Shown: positions 24,689 through 32,000 of the stretch, one piece after another | How positions within the stretch are numbered: position 1 is the stretch's first letter | Layout: every line of letters starts with the position of its first letter | Assembly: GCA_046533775.1 (NCBI GenBank) | Contig: JAWDOO010000001.1 | Location: 90,001 to 122,000 of the forward strand | Reading direction: 5' to 3' | From: Candidatus Nanopusillus sp. | Lineage (GTDB): Archaea > Nanobdellota > Nanobdellia > Nanobdellales > Nanobdellaceae | DNA: 32,000 nt | Made by a program: the position numbers and the translations under genes | The notes under the pieces: generated by a model | What the model was told of the DNA's origin: nothing | What the model saw: only the letters and a program-made list of their open reading frames with translations | Database searches by the model: none

Positions 24689-25807
24689 CTATTTTATATC
24701 CTCAAATCTTTGAACTAGTTTATCTAATATAGGTTTTACTGTAGTTGTTAATAAATCTTCATAAGATACCCTATGAGGTTCAAATGGGCCATGCCTTCTA
24801 ATATAATCTGCAATTTCTAATGCTTTATTTCTTGTATAATCAAATGCTGGATCATCAAACATATCTTCTGGACCATATAATTTATCTTTCTTTACTTGAA
24901 ATCCCAATGCAATTACCCTTGGAGGTCCATCAAACCTTGTAGCTCTTGCATTCTTTAAACTTACAGGTAATAAAGGACCCCAATATGATCCTCTCATCCA
25001 CCCATTTACCATATATGGAAATGAAAAAGCTTCCAATATTTCTCCTACTGCAGGAAATCCTTTTTGTGCTCTTACAATCATTACTGGATCATCCTTTCCA
25101 GCATATCTACCAGCTTCTTCATATAATCTTTCTGTAGAAGATACTGCAACAGGTTCATCTTTTGGATATTTATCGGATCTTGGATATACCCTTTTTATAG
25201 CAAACCTTTCAGATGTTCCAATTAATAATAATAAATCATAAATTTCTTCTGGAGAATTTAAATATATTCTTTTATGATTATACAAATCCCATACTTCAAA
25301 TCTAAATCCAGGTCTCATGTCTGGATCAATTACTAAACCTGGTGTATTAAATGGATTTGCAAACATTTGAAATAAAGGATAATTAAATGCTCCAGATTCT
25401 GTTTTGTCTGCAGCAAATACAATTATTGATTCTGGAGATCTTAATGTAAATTCCATTTCTGCAACTCCAGGTCCCATTCCAATTAATGAACCAGTAAATT
25501 CTTTTTTTATTAAATCCCCTCCTGCACCATATAAATTCATTTCTTTTGCAATTTCAGAATTTTTCTTAAATATTTCAAATGCAATTTGATGTATTTCTCT
25601 ATTATTTTCCCCTTTATTATGTAATAATATTAAGTTTAAATCATCCCCTACATGTGATACAAAATAATCGAATATTTTTTCTCCCTTATATTTATCTAAT
25701 ATATCTGAAGCTGTTTCTTCAAATATTTCTGGAATTGTTGAATTTCCAACTAAACTTCCTATATCAGCTTTTAAAACACTTATTGTTATTTTTTCTGATG
25801 ATGTCAT
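24689..25807 (-). CDS. fbp: Bifunctional fructose-1,6-bisphosphate aldolase/phosphatase (class V FBPase)
   Basis: Near-colinear with the known enzyme: ITISVLKADIGSLVG, VSHVGDDLNLILLH, GMGPGVAEMEF, FANPFNTPGLVIDP, GKDDPVMIVRAQ, GWMRGSYWGPLLPV, ATRFDGPPRVIALGF, DMFDDPAFD. 372 aa. Confidence 0.95.
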   Translation of the reverse strand: MTSSEKITISVLKADIGSLVGNSTIPEIFEETASDILDKYKGEKIFDYFVSHVGDDLNLILLHNKGENNREIHQIAFEIFKKNSEIAKEMNLYGAGGDLIKKEFTGSLIGMGPGVAEMEFTLRSPESIIVFAADKTESGAFNYPLFQMFANPFNTPGLVIDPDMRPGFRFEVWDLYNHKRIYLNSPEEIYDLLLLIGTSERFAIKRVYPRSDKYPKDEPVAVSSTERLYEEAGRYAGKDDPVMIVRAQKGFPAVGEILEAFSFPYMVNGWMRGSYWGPLLPVSLKNARATRFDGPPRVIALGFQVKKDKLYGPEDMFDDPAFDYTRNKALEIADYIRRHGPFEPHRVSYEDLLTTTVKPILDKLVQRFEDIK

Positions 25808-25902
25808 ATAATAATTTTTAATTTCATTTTTTATAGTATTATTATACCACCTAAGAGTATAAAAATTTTAATAGTTAAATACCTTTCTTAAAATATTTAA
25901 TA

Positions 25903-27090
25903 ATGGCAAAGAGTTCACCTCCTTACATAAAATATATGATACATGCATCAGTATATATTGATGGAGTAGTTGAAAAACCAGATGTAATAGGAGCAATATT
26001 TGGGCAAACAGAAGGTTTGTTAGGATCTGAAATGGATCTAAGAGAATTACAGAGATCTGGAAAAGTTGGAAGAATAGATGTAGATCTTAAGGTAGAAAAT
26101 GATAAAACAATTGGGGAAATTAGAATACCAACAAGTTTAAATAGATTTGAAACTTCATTAATTGCTGCAACATTGGAAACTGTAACTAGAATTGGACCAA
26201 CACATGCAACAATAAAGGTACAAAAGATAGAAGATATAAGAAAAACAAAGGTACAACAAATATTAGAGAGAGCTAGAGAATTATTAGCAAAATTAATAAA
26301 CGAAGAATTACCAGATCCAAAAGAATTACTATTATATTTAGAATATTCATATAATATGAAAACATTAATTGAATATGGACCAGAAAAATTACCTGCAGGA
26401 CCTGATGTAGATAAATCTGAAGAAATAATATTAGTAGAGGGAAGGGCAGATGTTCTAAATTTATTAAGATATGGAATTACAAATGTAATAGCATTAAATG
26501 GATTAAATGTACCAAAAACAATTATTGATTTATCAAAGAAAAAAATAATAACAACATTCTTTGATGGAGATAGGGGTGGAGATTTATTAGTAAAAGAATG
26601 TATGCTAAGTGGTGTTGATATTGATTTTGTAGCAAAGCCAGAACCTGGAAGAGAGGTTGAAGAATTATCTGGAAAAGAAATATTAAAAGCATTAAAGAAT
26701 AAAATATCATTTGATCAAGTTAGGGCATATTATGAAAAATTAGAGGGAACTACTGAAGATATAAAAAATATTAGAAGCGAAAAGAAGATAAAGGATCCAA
26801 TATTACAGAAATTAAAATCATATATGAATGATATATTTAAATCAGATCAAGCTTTATTATTAGATGATAACTTTAATATATTAAATAAAGTACCTGTAGA
26901 TAAATTGGGAGAAATAATATTGAAACATAATAATTTAGCATATTTAGTAATGGATGGTATATTAACAAGAGAATTATTAGAATTAATAGAAAAAAGTACA
27001 AACATAAAATATGTTGTATGTATAGATAGTATACAAAAAAATAGTAATAAGGTAAAGATATATACAATAAGCGATCTTGATAAAGTCTAA
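25903..27090 (+). CDS. dnaG: Archaeal DnaG-type primase (TOPRIM; exosome-associated)
   Basis: IKYMIHASVYIDGVVEKPDVIGAIFGQTEGLLGSEMDLRELQRSGKVGRIDV is the archaeal DnaG N-terminal signature. TOPRIM motifs ILVEGRADVLNL and FFDGDRGGD. Confidence 0.93.
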   Translation: MAKSSPPYIKYMIHASVYIDGVVEKPDVIGAIFGQTEGLLGSEMDLRELQRSGKVGRIDVDLKVENDKTIGEIRIPTSLNRFETSLIAATLETVTRIGPTHATIKVQKIEDIRKTKVQQILERARELLAKLINEELPDPKELLLYLEYSYNMKTLIEYGPEKLPAGPDVDKSEEIILVEGRADVLNLLRYGITNVIALNGLNVPKTIIDLSKKKIITTFFDGDRGGDLLVKECMLSGVDIDFVAKPEPGREVEELSGKEILKALKNKISFDQVRAYYEKLEGTTEDIKNIRSEKKIKDPILQKLKSYMNDIFKSDQALLLDDNFNILNKVPVDKLGEIILKHNNLAYLVMDGILTRELLELIEKSTNIKYVVCIDSIQKNSNKVKIYTISDLDKV

Positions 27091-27560
27091 CTTTTTTCTA
27101 CTTGATAATTTATTATTCCACTAACAGAATTATTTTCTACAGATGAATAATATAATGTTAAATATAAAGTTCCACCAAGTTTTTCCCATTGAATAATTGT
27201 TAATCTTGTTTGATCATCCAATTCAAAATTATATTGCAATGTAATATAACTTTCTGGTTGTATTATATATATATTCTGTAAAAAGTTTCCAGAAGTTATT
27301 ATTGATGATGTTTGATATGAATTTTTTAACCCTAAATATGAAAAATATATTTCTACAGAATAGTTATTTGGATTATTTACATTAAAGGAAAAATAATTTC
27401 CATTTACGCTAAAATTTGATATATATAAATTATATATATTCTCAGGATTTACAATCTTATTTCCAACAAAATATTTTGAATATGAATAATATATTAGGTA
27501 AATTACTGGTATAGAAAATGCTAGAAATAATATATTTAATATTATCTTTTCTCTATCCAT
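27087..27560 (-). CDS. N-terminally membrane-anchored beta-sandwich protein, LEA_2/NDR1-HIN1-like
   Basis: MDREK + hydrophobic helix IILNILFLAFSIPVIYLIYY. Then ISNFSVNGNYFSFNVNNPNNYSVEIYFS fits the LEA_2 pattern (..l.l.v.NPN.~.v.i). 157 aa. The 3' end overlaps the dnaG stop by 4 nt. Confidence 0.4.
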   Translation of the reverse strand: MDREKIILNILFLAFSIPVIYLIYYSYSKYFVGNKIVNPENIYNLYISNFSVNGNYFSFNVNNPNNYSVEIYFSYLGLKNSYQTSSIITSGNFLQNIYIIQPESYITLQYNFELDDQTRLTIIQWEKLGGTLYLTLYYSSVENNSVSGIINYQVEKS

Positions 27561-27565
27561 AATAT

Positions 27566-28162
27566 ATGGATGAATTTAATAAATTAAAAATATATCATAT
27601 GAAAAAACTTGAGGAAGCTAAGGAAAAATATTTAGCAGACCAACCTATATATTATATTCTAGATTTTATTAATTCATTAGATTTCTTTTTTACAACATCT
27701 TCATGTGCTGGTAGAATAATTTTATTAAAAATACCAAAAAGTGGGAAAAAATTTGAGGCAGAATTTCTATTTAAATCTCATTATTATGTAAATTTTTATT
27801 ATATATGGAATAAATTATTAGAAGTATATAAAAATTATGATGAGAAAATATACTTTAAACAAGAACCATTTATTTTACATGTATCTTCAAAAAATATAGA
27901 AAGAGCATATGAACTATTGAATATTGCAAGAAAATCTGGATTCAAACATTCTGGAATATTTTTGATAAATGATAAAAGGGTAATGGTTGAAATTGTTGGA
28001 AATGAAAAAATTGAAACAATTGTATCAAAAAATAGAAAATTATTAATAGATAAAGAATATTTTTATAATTTAGTAAAAGAGGCAAATGAGAAATTAAAGA
28101 ATGTAAGAAAAAGAATAGATATATTTTATAAAAATCTTCTATCCTATTATATTACAATATGA
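27566..28162 (+). CDS. taw3: tRNA wyosine-derivative methyltransferase Taw3 (TYW3 family)
   Basis: FNKLKIYHMKKLEEAKE..ILDFINSLDFFFTTSSCAGRIILL...FLFKSHYYV matches the TYW3 signature (F...K...L...D..i..ll..iN....yfTtSSCsGRi ... K.H). The start codon lies 5 bp from the divergent 27560 start. Confidence 0.75.
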   Translation: MDEFNKLKIYHMKKLEEAKEKYLADQPIYYILDFINSLDFFFTTSSCAGRIILLKIPKSGKKFEAEFLFKSHYYVNFYYIWNKLLEVYKNYDEKIYFKQEPFILHVSSKNIERAYELLNIARKSGFKHSGIFLINDKRVMVEIVGNEKIETIVSKNRKLLIDKEYFYNLVKEANEKLKNVRKRIDIFYKNLLSYYITI

Positions 28163-29647
28163 ATTATAGCAATAATTATTCATTGTTTCATCATTTATTT
28201 TTACAAATTCATATAAATAATAATTGTATGTAAATTGATTACCTTGACTACCCATAATTGCTTCTGCAGAAATACATGTAGCATTAAAATAATAATAACC
28301 ATTTTCTTCATAACATGCAGAGCTAATATGACATGAAGGTGGAATTAATAAATGATTGTACCAAAAATTACATGCAGAGGGATTTTCATATGGCCCAACT
28401 GCAACTATTTCTTCATCTAAAGAGCAACTTACATTATTATAATTTATCTGAATATCTACAGGTATTAAACCTGGATAGTATCCATCAGTATAATATGTAT
28501 AATTTTCTAAAACGTTTTCTACAAAATTTTTATCAACCCCTATATCTTCTCCATAACTAATATAATTAATAATATTTACACTACTTATATTATAAAAATA
28601 TATAGTGGATATAGGTGTTTCGCTTAATATTTTATAGTTAGATAAAGCACTATTATTATATAAACATTCTTGCATATATTGAATATATGTACTATTTACT
28701 ATACATTGATTATTTACAATCTGTCCAATTGATTCACATGGTATTACAATTGTTACATTTGTAATATTTGGATATTCTACTGGTAAAAGTTGAGATGTAT
28801 ATAGATCTAGAAGATAATAATATGGATTATTAAATGATAAATTTAAATATAAATTGTCTCCAATTGTTTCATTAGAATATGCATTTTGATATAAATATAT
28901 ATAATTTGATTGATTTGTTAAATTGTAATATATAAATTGAAATGTTTGATTATATAAATAATCTATTAATTCATTATAATATAATAAAAATGGATATATT
29001 GAATAAGTTATTTGATTATCTAATTGAGGAAAAGATAAACTTCTATTATATTTATTTAATACAAAGAAAGAATATTGCGGATTTGATAATACAAAACTAT
29101 TTTCAGAAATATCATAATAAAAATCCTGATATGAAAAATTTGCATGTTTAAAATTTAAATTTGCATTTAAATATTCAATTTCATTGTTTAAATTTTGATT
29201 TACAATATTTCCAATATTAGAAAATATATTTTCCATATTTGGATAGTTATTATTATTTATATTATTTAAAGGAAATATTGGAACACATAATGAATAATTT
29301 ACATCATAATTATTTCCGTTATTTTCTACACTTTCTACATTAAATAAAAAAGGAATTTCACATTGAGAATAATAATCTGGAGCATTATTTCCAAATACAT
29401 AATTTATATTATACGTAGATCCTGAAAAAATATTTGTTAAAAGATTATTTAATAAATTATATCTAATATCAAATGGAATATAAACAAATAATATATATAA
29501 AAATCCCTGATATGCAATATAATCTTCACTTAAATATCTTAAAGATTGAGTTGAAAGCTGAAGCTGAGAATTTAAATAATATATACCAAAGATAGTTAAA
29601 ATTATTACTCCTAAGAATAATGCTATTGGTGCTAAAGACGTTTTCAT
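28139..29647 (-). CDS. Secreted/anchored Asn/Tyr-rich protein with prepilin-like N-terminus and Cys-rich C-terminal region (last gene of surface-protein operon)
   Basis: The N-terminus MKTSLAPIALFLGVIILTIFGIYYL (K-x-S then LAPIA + hydrophobic helix) resembles the archaeal type IV pilin N-terminal domain. 502 aa, dense N-x-S/T sequons, about 14 Cys in the last 200 residues. No known domain recognised. Confidence 0.6.
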   Translation of the reverse strand: MKTSLAPIALFLGVIILTIFGIYYLNSQLQLSTQSLRYLSEDYIAYQGFLYILFVYIPFDIRYNLLNNLLTNIFSGSTYNINYVFGNNAPDYYSQCEIPFLFNVESVENNGNNYDVNYSLCVPIFPLNNINNNNYPNMENIFSNIGNIVNQNLNNEIEYLNANLNFKHANFSYQDFYYDISENSFVLSNPQYSFFVLNKYNRSLSFPQLDNQITYSIYPFLLYYNELIDYLYNQTFQFIYYNLTNQSNYIYLYQNAYSNETIGDNLYLNLSFNNPYYYLLDLYTSQLLPVEYPNITNVTIVIPCESIGQIVNNQCIVNSTYIQYMQECLYNNSALSNYKILSETPISTIYFYNISSVNIINYISYGEDIGVDKNFVENVLENYTYYTDGYYPGLIPVDIQINYNNVSCSLDEEIVAVGPYENPSACNFWYNHLLIPPSCHISSACYEENGYYYFNATCISAEAIMGSQGNQFTYNYYLYEFVKINDETMNNYCYNSYCNIIG

Positions 29648-29678
29648 ATAAATTCAATAAATTTTAAAATTATTAACT

Positions 29679-30167
29679 TTAATTTGTAATAAAAGTTATA
29701 TAACTACTATAATTTACATAAAAGTTATATAATACTGTTGGTGGACAAACATAAAATGTATATAATATACCATCTAAATAAACATAATAATTTATATATT
29801 CTTTATTTGGACATACACCAATGATTGTATTATTATTAAAATAAAATGATAAAATTGTAGCAGAATTGTTTAAATAATATAATTCTTCATTTGCCAATTC
29901 ATTTATTATATAATTATCTAATGCTGTATTATTATTAAATCCTGCGTATATATCTATTACAGGTATAGTTACATTATCAAAATAGATTAAAGAATCTAAA
30001 AAGCCATTTGCAGATTTATATTCAATACCAACAGTATTTAAACTTGCAATATTATTTAATGTTGGATTTCCATATGAAAATACATTAAATAAAAATATAA
30101 ATAGTAGGGCTATAACAATAATTACTGCAGCAAGAAATGATAAAAAGAAGCCAATTTGTATCCTCAT
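29679..30167 (-). CDS. Small Asn/Tyr-rich protein with basic N-terminus + hydrophobic helix (putative minor pilin-like subunit)
   Basis: Track ORF begins at 30185 (MSNYSIM..). Met7 (ATG 30167..30165) forms a TAATG stop/start overlap with the upstream gene and gives MRIQIGFFLSFLAAVIIVIALLFIFLF, a class-III-signal-like architecture. No known domain. Confidence 0.55.
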   Translation of the reverse strand: MRIQIGFFLSFLAAVIIVIALLFIFLFNVFSYGNPTLNNIASLNTVGIEYKSANGFLDSLIYFDNVTIPVIDIYAGFNNNTALDNYIINELANEELYYLNNSATILSFYFNNNTIIGVCPNKEYINYYVYLDGILYTFYVCPPTVLYNFYVNYSSYITFITN

Positions 30168-31021
30168 TATTGAGTAATTTGACATGAAGATATATTTATT
30201 TGGCCTCCAGCAATTATATTACATGTTTCATTATATATTCCATTCATATAAAGATTTCCTACACCATATAAAGATACTATTATTGGTTCTCCACTATCAT
30301 ATTCTGGTAAAGTAATATAATATGATGTTATTGGTTGAATATATACTTCATTATAATCTATTGTTCCTCCACTTGCAATAGTAGTAAGTATTTTATTAAG
30401 ATATTCATCAATATTTATAAATTTATAGTTTTGATACATATATTCTGTCTCGTTATATATATATAAACTATAATTATAGAAATAATTGATTAAGAATTGG
30501 TTTAAAGATGGTAAATTTTCATATGTATAACTTACATTATAAATATTATATGCAACATAATATGGATTAATATTTATATTATCTTCAAAAGCAAGTCCAT
30601 ATGGATCATAAGAATATGAATAACTTATATTGTTGATATCATAGAAGAAGAAATATATATAATCGTCATAAGAAAAATTTAGATAAGTATATATAGCTTT
30701 ATTTGATTGATTTGATTCATTAATAAGATAATAAAATGTTCCTGATATATTCATAAAACATTGTTGATATATATTATTATATTCATTAATAATATTCATA
30801 TTAGGAGCATAAAATAATAATAATGGATTTCCTGTATTTTCATATAAACAATAATTTAATCTATCAATTAATAAACTATCTGTAAATTGCTGATATGAAT
30901 ATTCAGAATATGATTCAACATTAAATAATGCATATAATATTGCTATAACAAAAAATACAAATATTATAATAACCGCAGCAGCTATATATTCAATTATATC
31001 TTTTAGAGATAATGATCTCAT
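30167..31021 (-). CDS. Asn/Tyr-rich protein with class-III-signal-like N-terminus (putative pilin-like subunit)
   Basis: MRSLSLKDIIEYIAAAVIIIFVFFVIAILYAL. The S-L-x-x-I-I-E-Y + hydrophobic helix is reminiscent of the Q-x-S-x-E-F/Y class III signal family. 284 aa, sequon-rich. ATGA overlap with the upstream gene at 31018-31021. Confidence 0.55.
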   Translation of the reverse strand: MRSLSLKDIIEYIAAAVIIIFVFFVIAILYALFNVESYSEYSYQQFTDSLLIDRLNYCLYENTGNPLLLFYAPNMNIINEYNNIYQQCFMNISGTFYYLINESNQSNKAIYTYLNFSYDDYIYFFFYDINNISYSYSYDPYGLAFEDNININPYYVAYNIYNVSYTYENLPSLNQFLINYFYNYSLYIYNETEYMYQNYKFINIDEYLNKILTTIASGGTIDYNEVYIQPITSYYITLPEYDSGEPIIVSLYGVGNLYMNGIYNETCNIIAGGQINISSCQITQ

Positions 31022-32000
31022 GGTGATATAGAAGGTAATATTGATACATTTAAATATGGGCCTCCAGATTGTACACCTACCTTAGATAAAATAATAAACT
31101 CTGGAAATACTTGATTACCATTATTATCTACATTTCCCAATTCTAGTTTAAATATATGATCCTGTGAGGTATCTGATGAATTATAAATGTATTGAAAGTT
31201 TGGATTACATAAATACTGAATATCATTATATTGACCATAACATCCATCATAAAATGTAAAATTTGGATTATAATATATTGACAATGTTAAATATGATTGA
31301 TATACTGTATATTCTCCATTTGGAAATATACCAAGAATACTACCTTGACTCATAAATTTATTATAATAACAACTAGCATATGGATTTGATGTATCTTGCC
31401 AGTATTGAAATAAAGTAATCGCTGAAGAAAATGCTAAATTAAATGCAAAACCAGCTGCAAAATCAAATGGAGGCGGTAAAACTTCATCTAATATCATATC
31501 TCCAACTTGCATTATAGTAAATTCTACAGTAGACCATAGAGCAGGTCCTACTGAAGATTGTAATGCATTAAATATATCACCAAAAAAATTATTATTTCCA
31601 TATGCATATTGTAAAAGTGCAGATTGATATGTATATAATCCATATGTACCAACAGCATTTATTGCTGTTAGTTTTGCAATTGATGGCAAAGATTTATATA
31701 TATCATTTAAAGCGTCCAATATCCCTCCTGTAGCACCGAAATTCTTAAGTCCAGGTAAATATGAAAATACTTCAGTCATAAAAGAAGTTAATGCATCATC
31801 TGCAAGTTGTTGCCATAGATTATTTACATAACATATTCCAATACTAACTAAAAAATTATTATTATTATATAAGGGAATAAACAGAGCATATGAATTTATT
31901 GGAGGAATTATCCTAAATTCATAGAAAAATGTTGGAGCAGTTGTTACTAAAAATGCTGCCTCCATATTTCCAGGTTCTGATGTTGAATATGTAATAAAAC
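31018..32000 (-). CDS. Large surface-operon protein, 5'-partial (frame open to the right window edge); Ala/Gly/Leu-rich helical hydrophobic core flanked by Asn/Tyr-rich regions
   Basis: Track ORF starts at Met 31965. The frame remains open upstream (..FITYSTSEPGN-MEAAF..) to base 32000, so the true start is probably outside the window. No known domain recognised. Confidence 0.55.
   Translation of the reverse strand, partial: FITYSTSEPGNMEAAFLVTTAPTFFYEFRIIPPINSYALFIPLYNNNNFLVSIGICYVNNLWQQLADDALTSFMTEVFSYLPGLKNFGATGGILDALNDIYKSLPSIAKLTAINAVGTYGLYTYQSALLQYAYGNNNFFGDIFNALQSSVGPALWSTVEFTIMQVGDMILDEVLPPPFDFAAGFAFNLAFSSAITLFQYWQDTSNPYASCYYNKFMSQGSILGIFPNGEYTVYQSYLTLSIYYNPNFTFYDGCYGQYNDIQYLCNPNFQYIYNSSDTSQDHIFKLELGNVDNNGNQVFPEFIILSKVGVQSGGPYLNVSILPSISP

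Noticed and set aside
25795-25902. C-box-like TGATGA at the fbp start region, considered as a C/D-box sRNA
   Set aside because: No D box (CTGA) or C'/D' arrangement lies within the following about 100 nt. The TGATGA is simply the reverse complement of the fbp N-terminal codons (MTSSE).
22161-29151. Track ORFs 22161-22391(+), 22500-22727(+), 23421-23609(+), 24351-24602(+), 24946-25137(+), 25404-25589(+), 25579-25821(+), 26522-26710(-), 26873-27067(-), 28333-28560(+), 28942-29151(+)
   Set aside because: Each is embedded antisense in a confidently assigned gene (alaS, coiled-coil protein, P1, fbp, dnaG, 502-aa surface protein). None has a recognisable motif. Shadow ORFs.
1-32000. Scan for CRISPR arrays, rRNA, split or intron-containing tRNA halves and IS elements
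   Set aside because: The only GC-rich islands standing out from the AT-rich background are the four complete tRNAs. No spaced direct-repeat array, no rRNA-like sequence and no transposase-like ORF were seen.

Overview
This is an extremely AT-rich, very gene-dense archaeal chromosome segment. Hand counts of single 60-nt lines range from about 13% to 38% G+C. Genes are packed with ATGA/TAATG start-stop overlaps, convergent 3' overlaps, and divergent start codons only 5 bp apart.

Recognisable content:
- **Left edge:** a partial LonB protease gene that is missing from the ORF track, then a TFB / Pop5-like / proteasome-alpha / SBDS block, which is a fragment of the archaeal exosome-proteasome superoperon.
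- **5.3-11.9 kb:** a glycogen island. It holds a GT3 glycogen synthase translationally coupled to a ParA/MinD ATPase and a 104-aa unknown, plus a GH57 amylase, a GlgA-like GT-B transferase and a GDE-type debranching enzyme. A compact Orc1/Cdc6-like AAA+-wHTH protein follows.
- **tRNAs:** four GC-rich, intron-less tRNAs with no encoded CCA: Thr-GGU, Pro-GGG, Arg-GCG and Leu-UAG. Each is pressed against the stop codon of an upstream same-strand CDS.
- **Housekeeping and tRNA modification:** an ICMT-like methyltransferase, TrmY, a DUF429-like protein, Taw3, unsplit archaeal AlaRS, a COG1340-like coiled-coil protein, stalk protein P1, FBP aldolase/phosphatase and archaeal DnaG.
- **Surface proteins:** a membrane-anchored thermopsin-family protein.

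The accessory-looking parts are the most interesting:
- A minus-strand, translationally coupled operon at 28.1->32.0 kb encodes Asn/Tyr-rich, sequon-dense proteins with prepilin-like N-termini. It may be an undescribed surface filament or host-contact system.
- A tRNA-bracketed segment at 17.2-20.75 kb has two genes sharing a duplicated promoter / palindrome / first-codons module. It also holds a frameshifted type-IV-pilin-like DUF2341 surface protein.
- The ParA-coupled glycogen synthase module.

No rRNA, CRISPR array, transposase or integrase was seen.

The gene content fits a genome-reduced thermoacidophilic archaeon, possibly a terrestrial Nanoarchaeota-like symbiont: thermopsin, FBP aldolase/phosphatase and ~65% GC tRNAs in an AT-rich genome. 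That identity is inference only.
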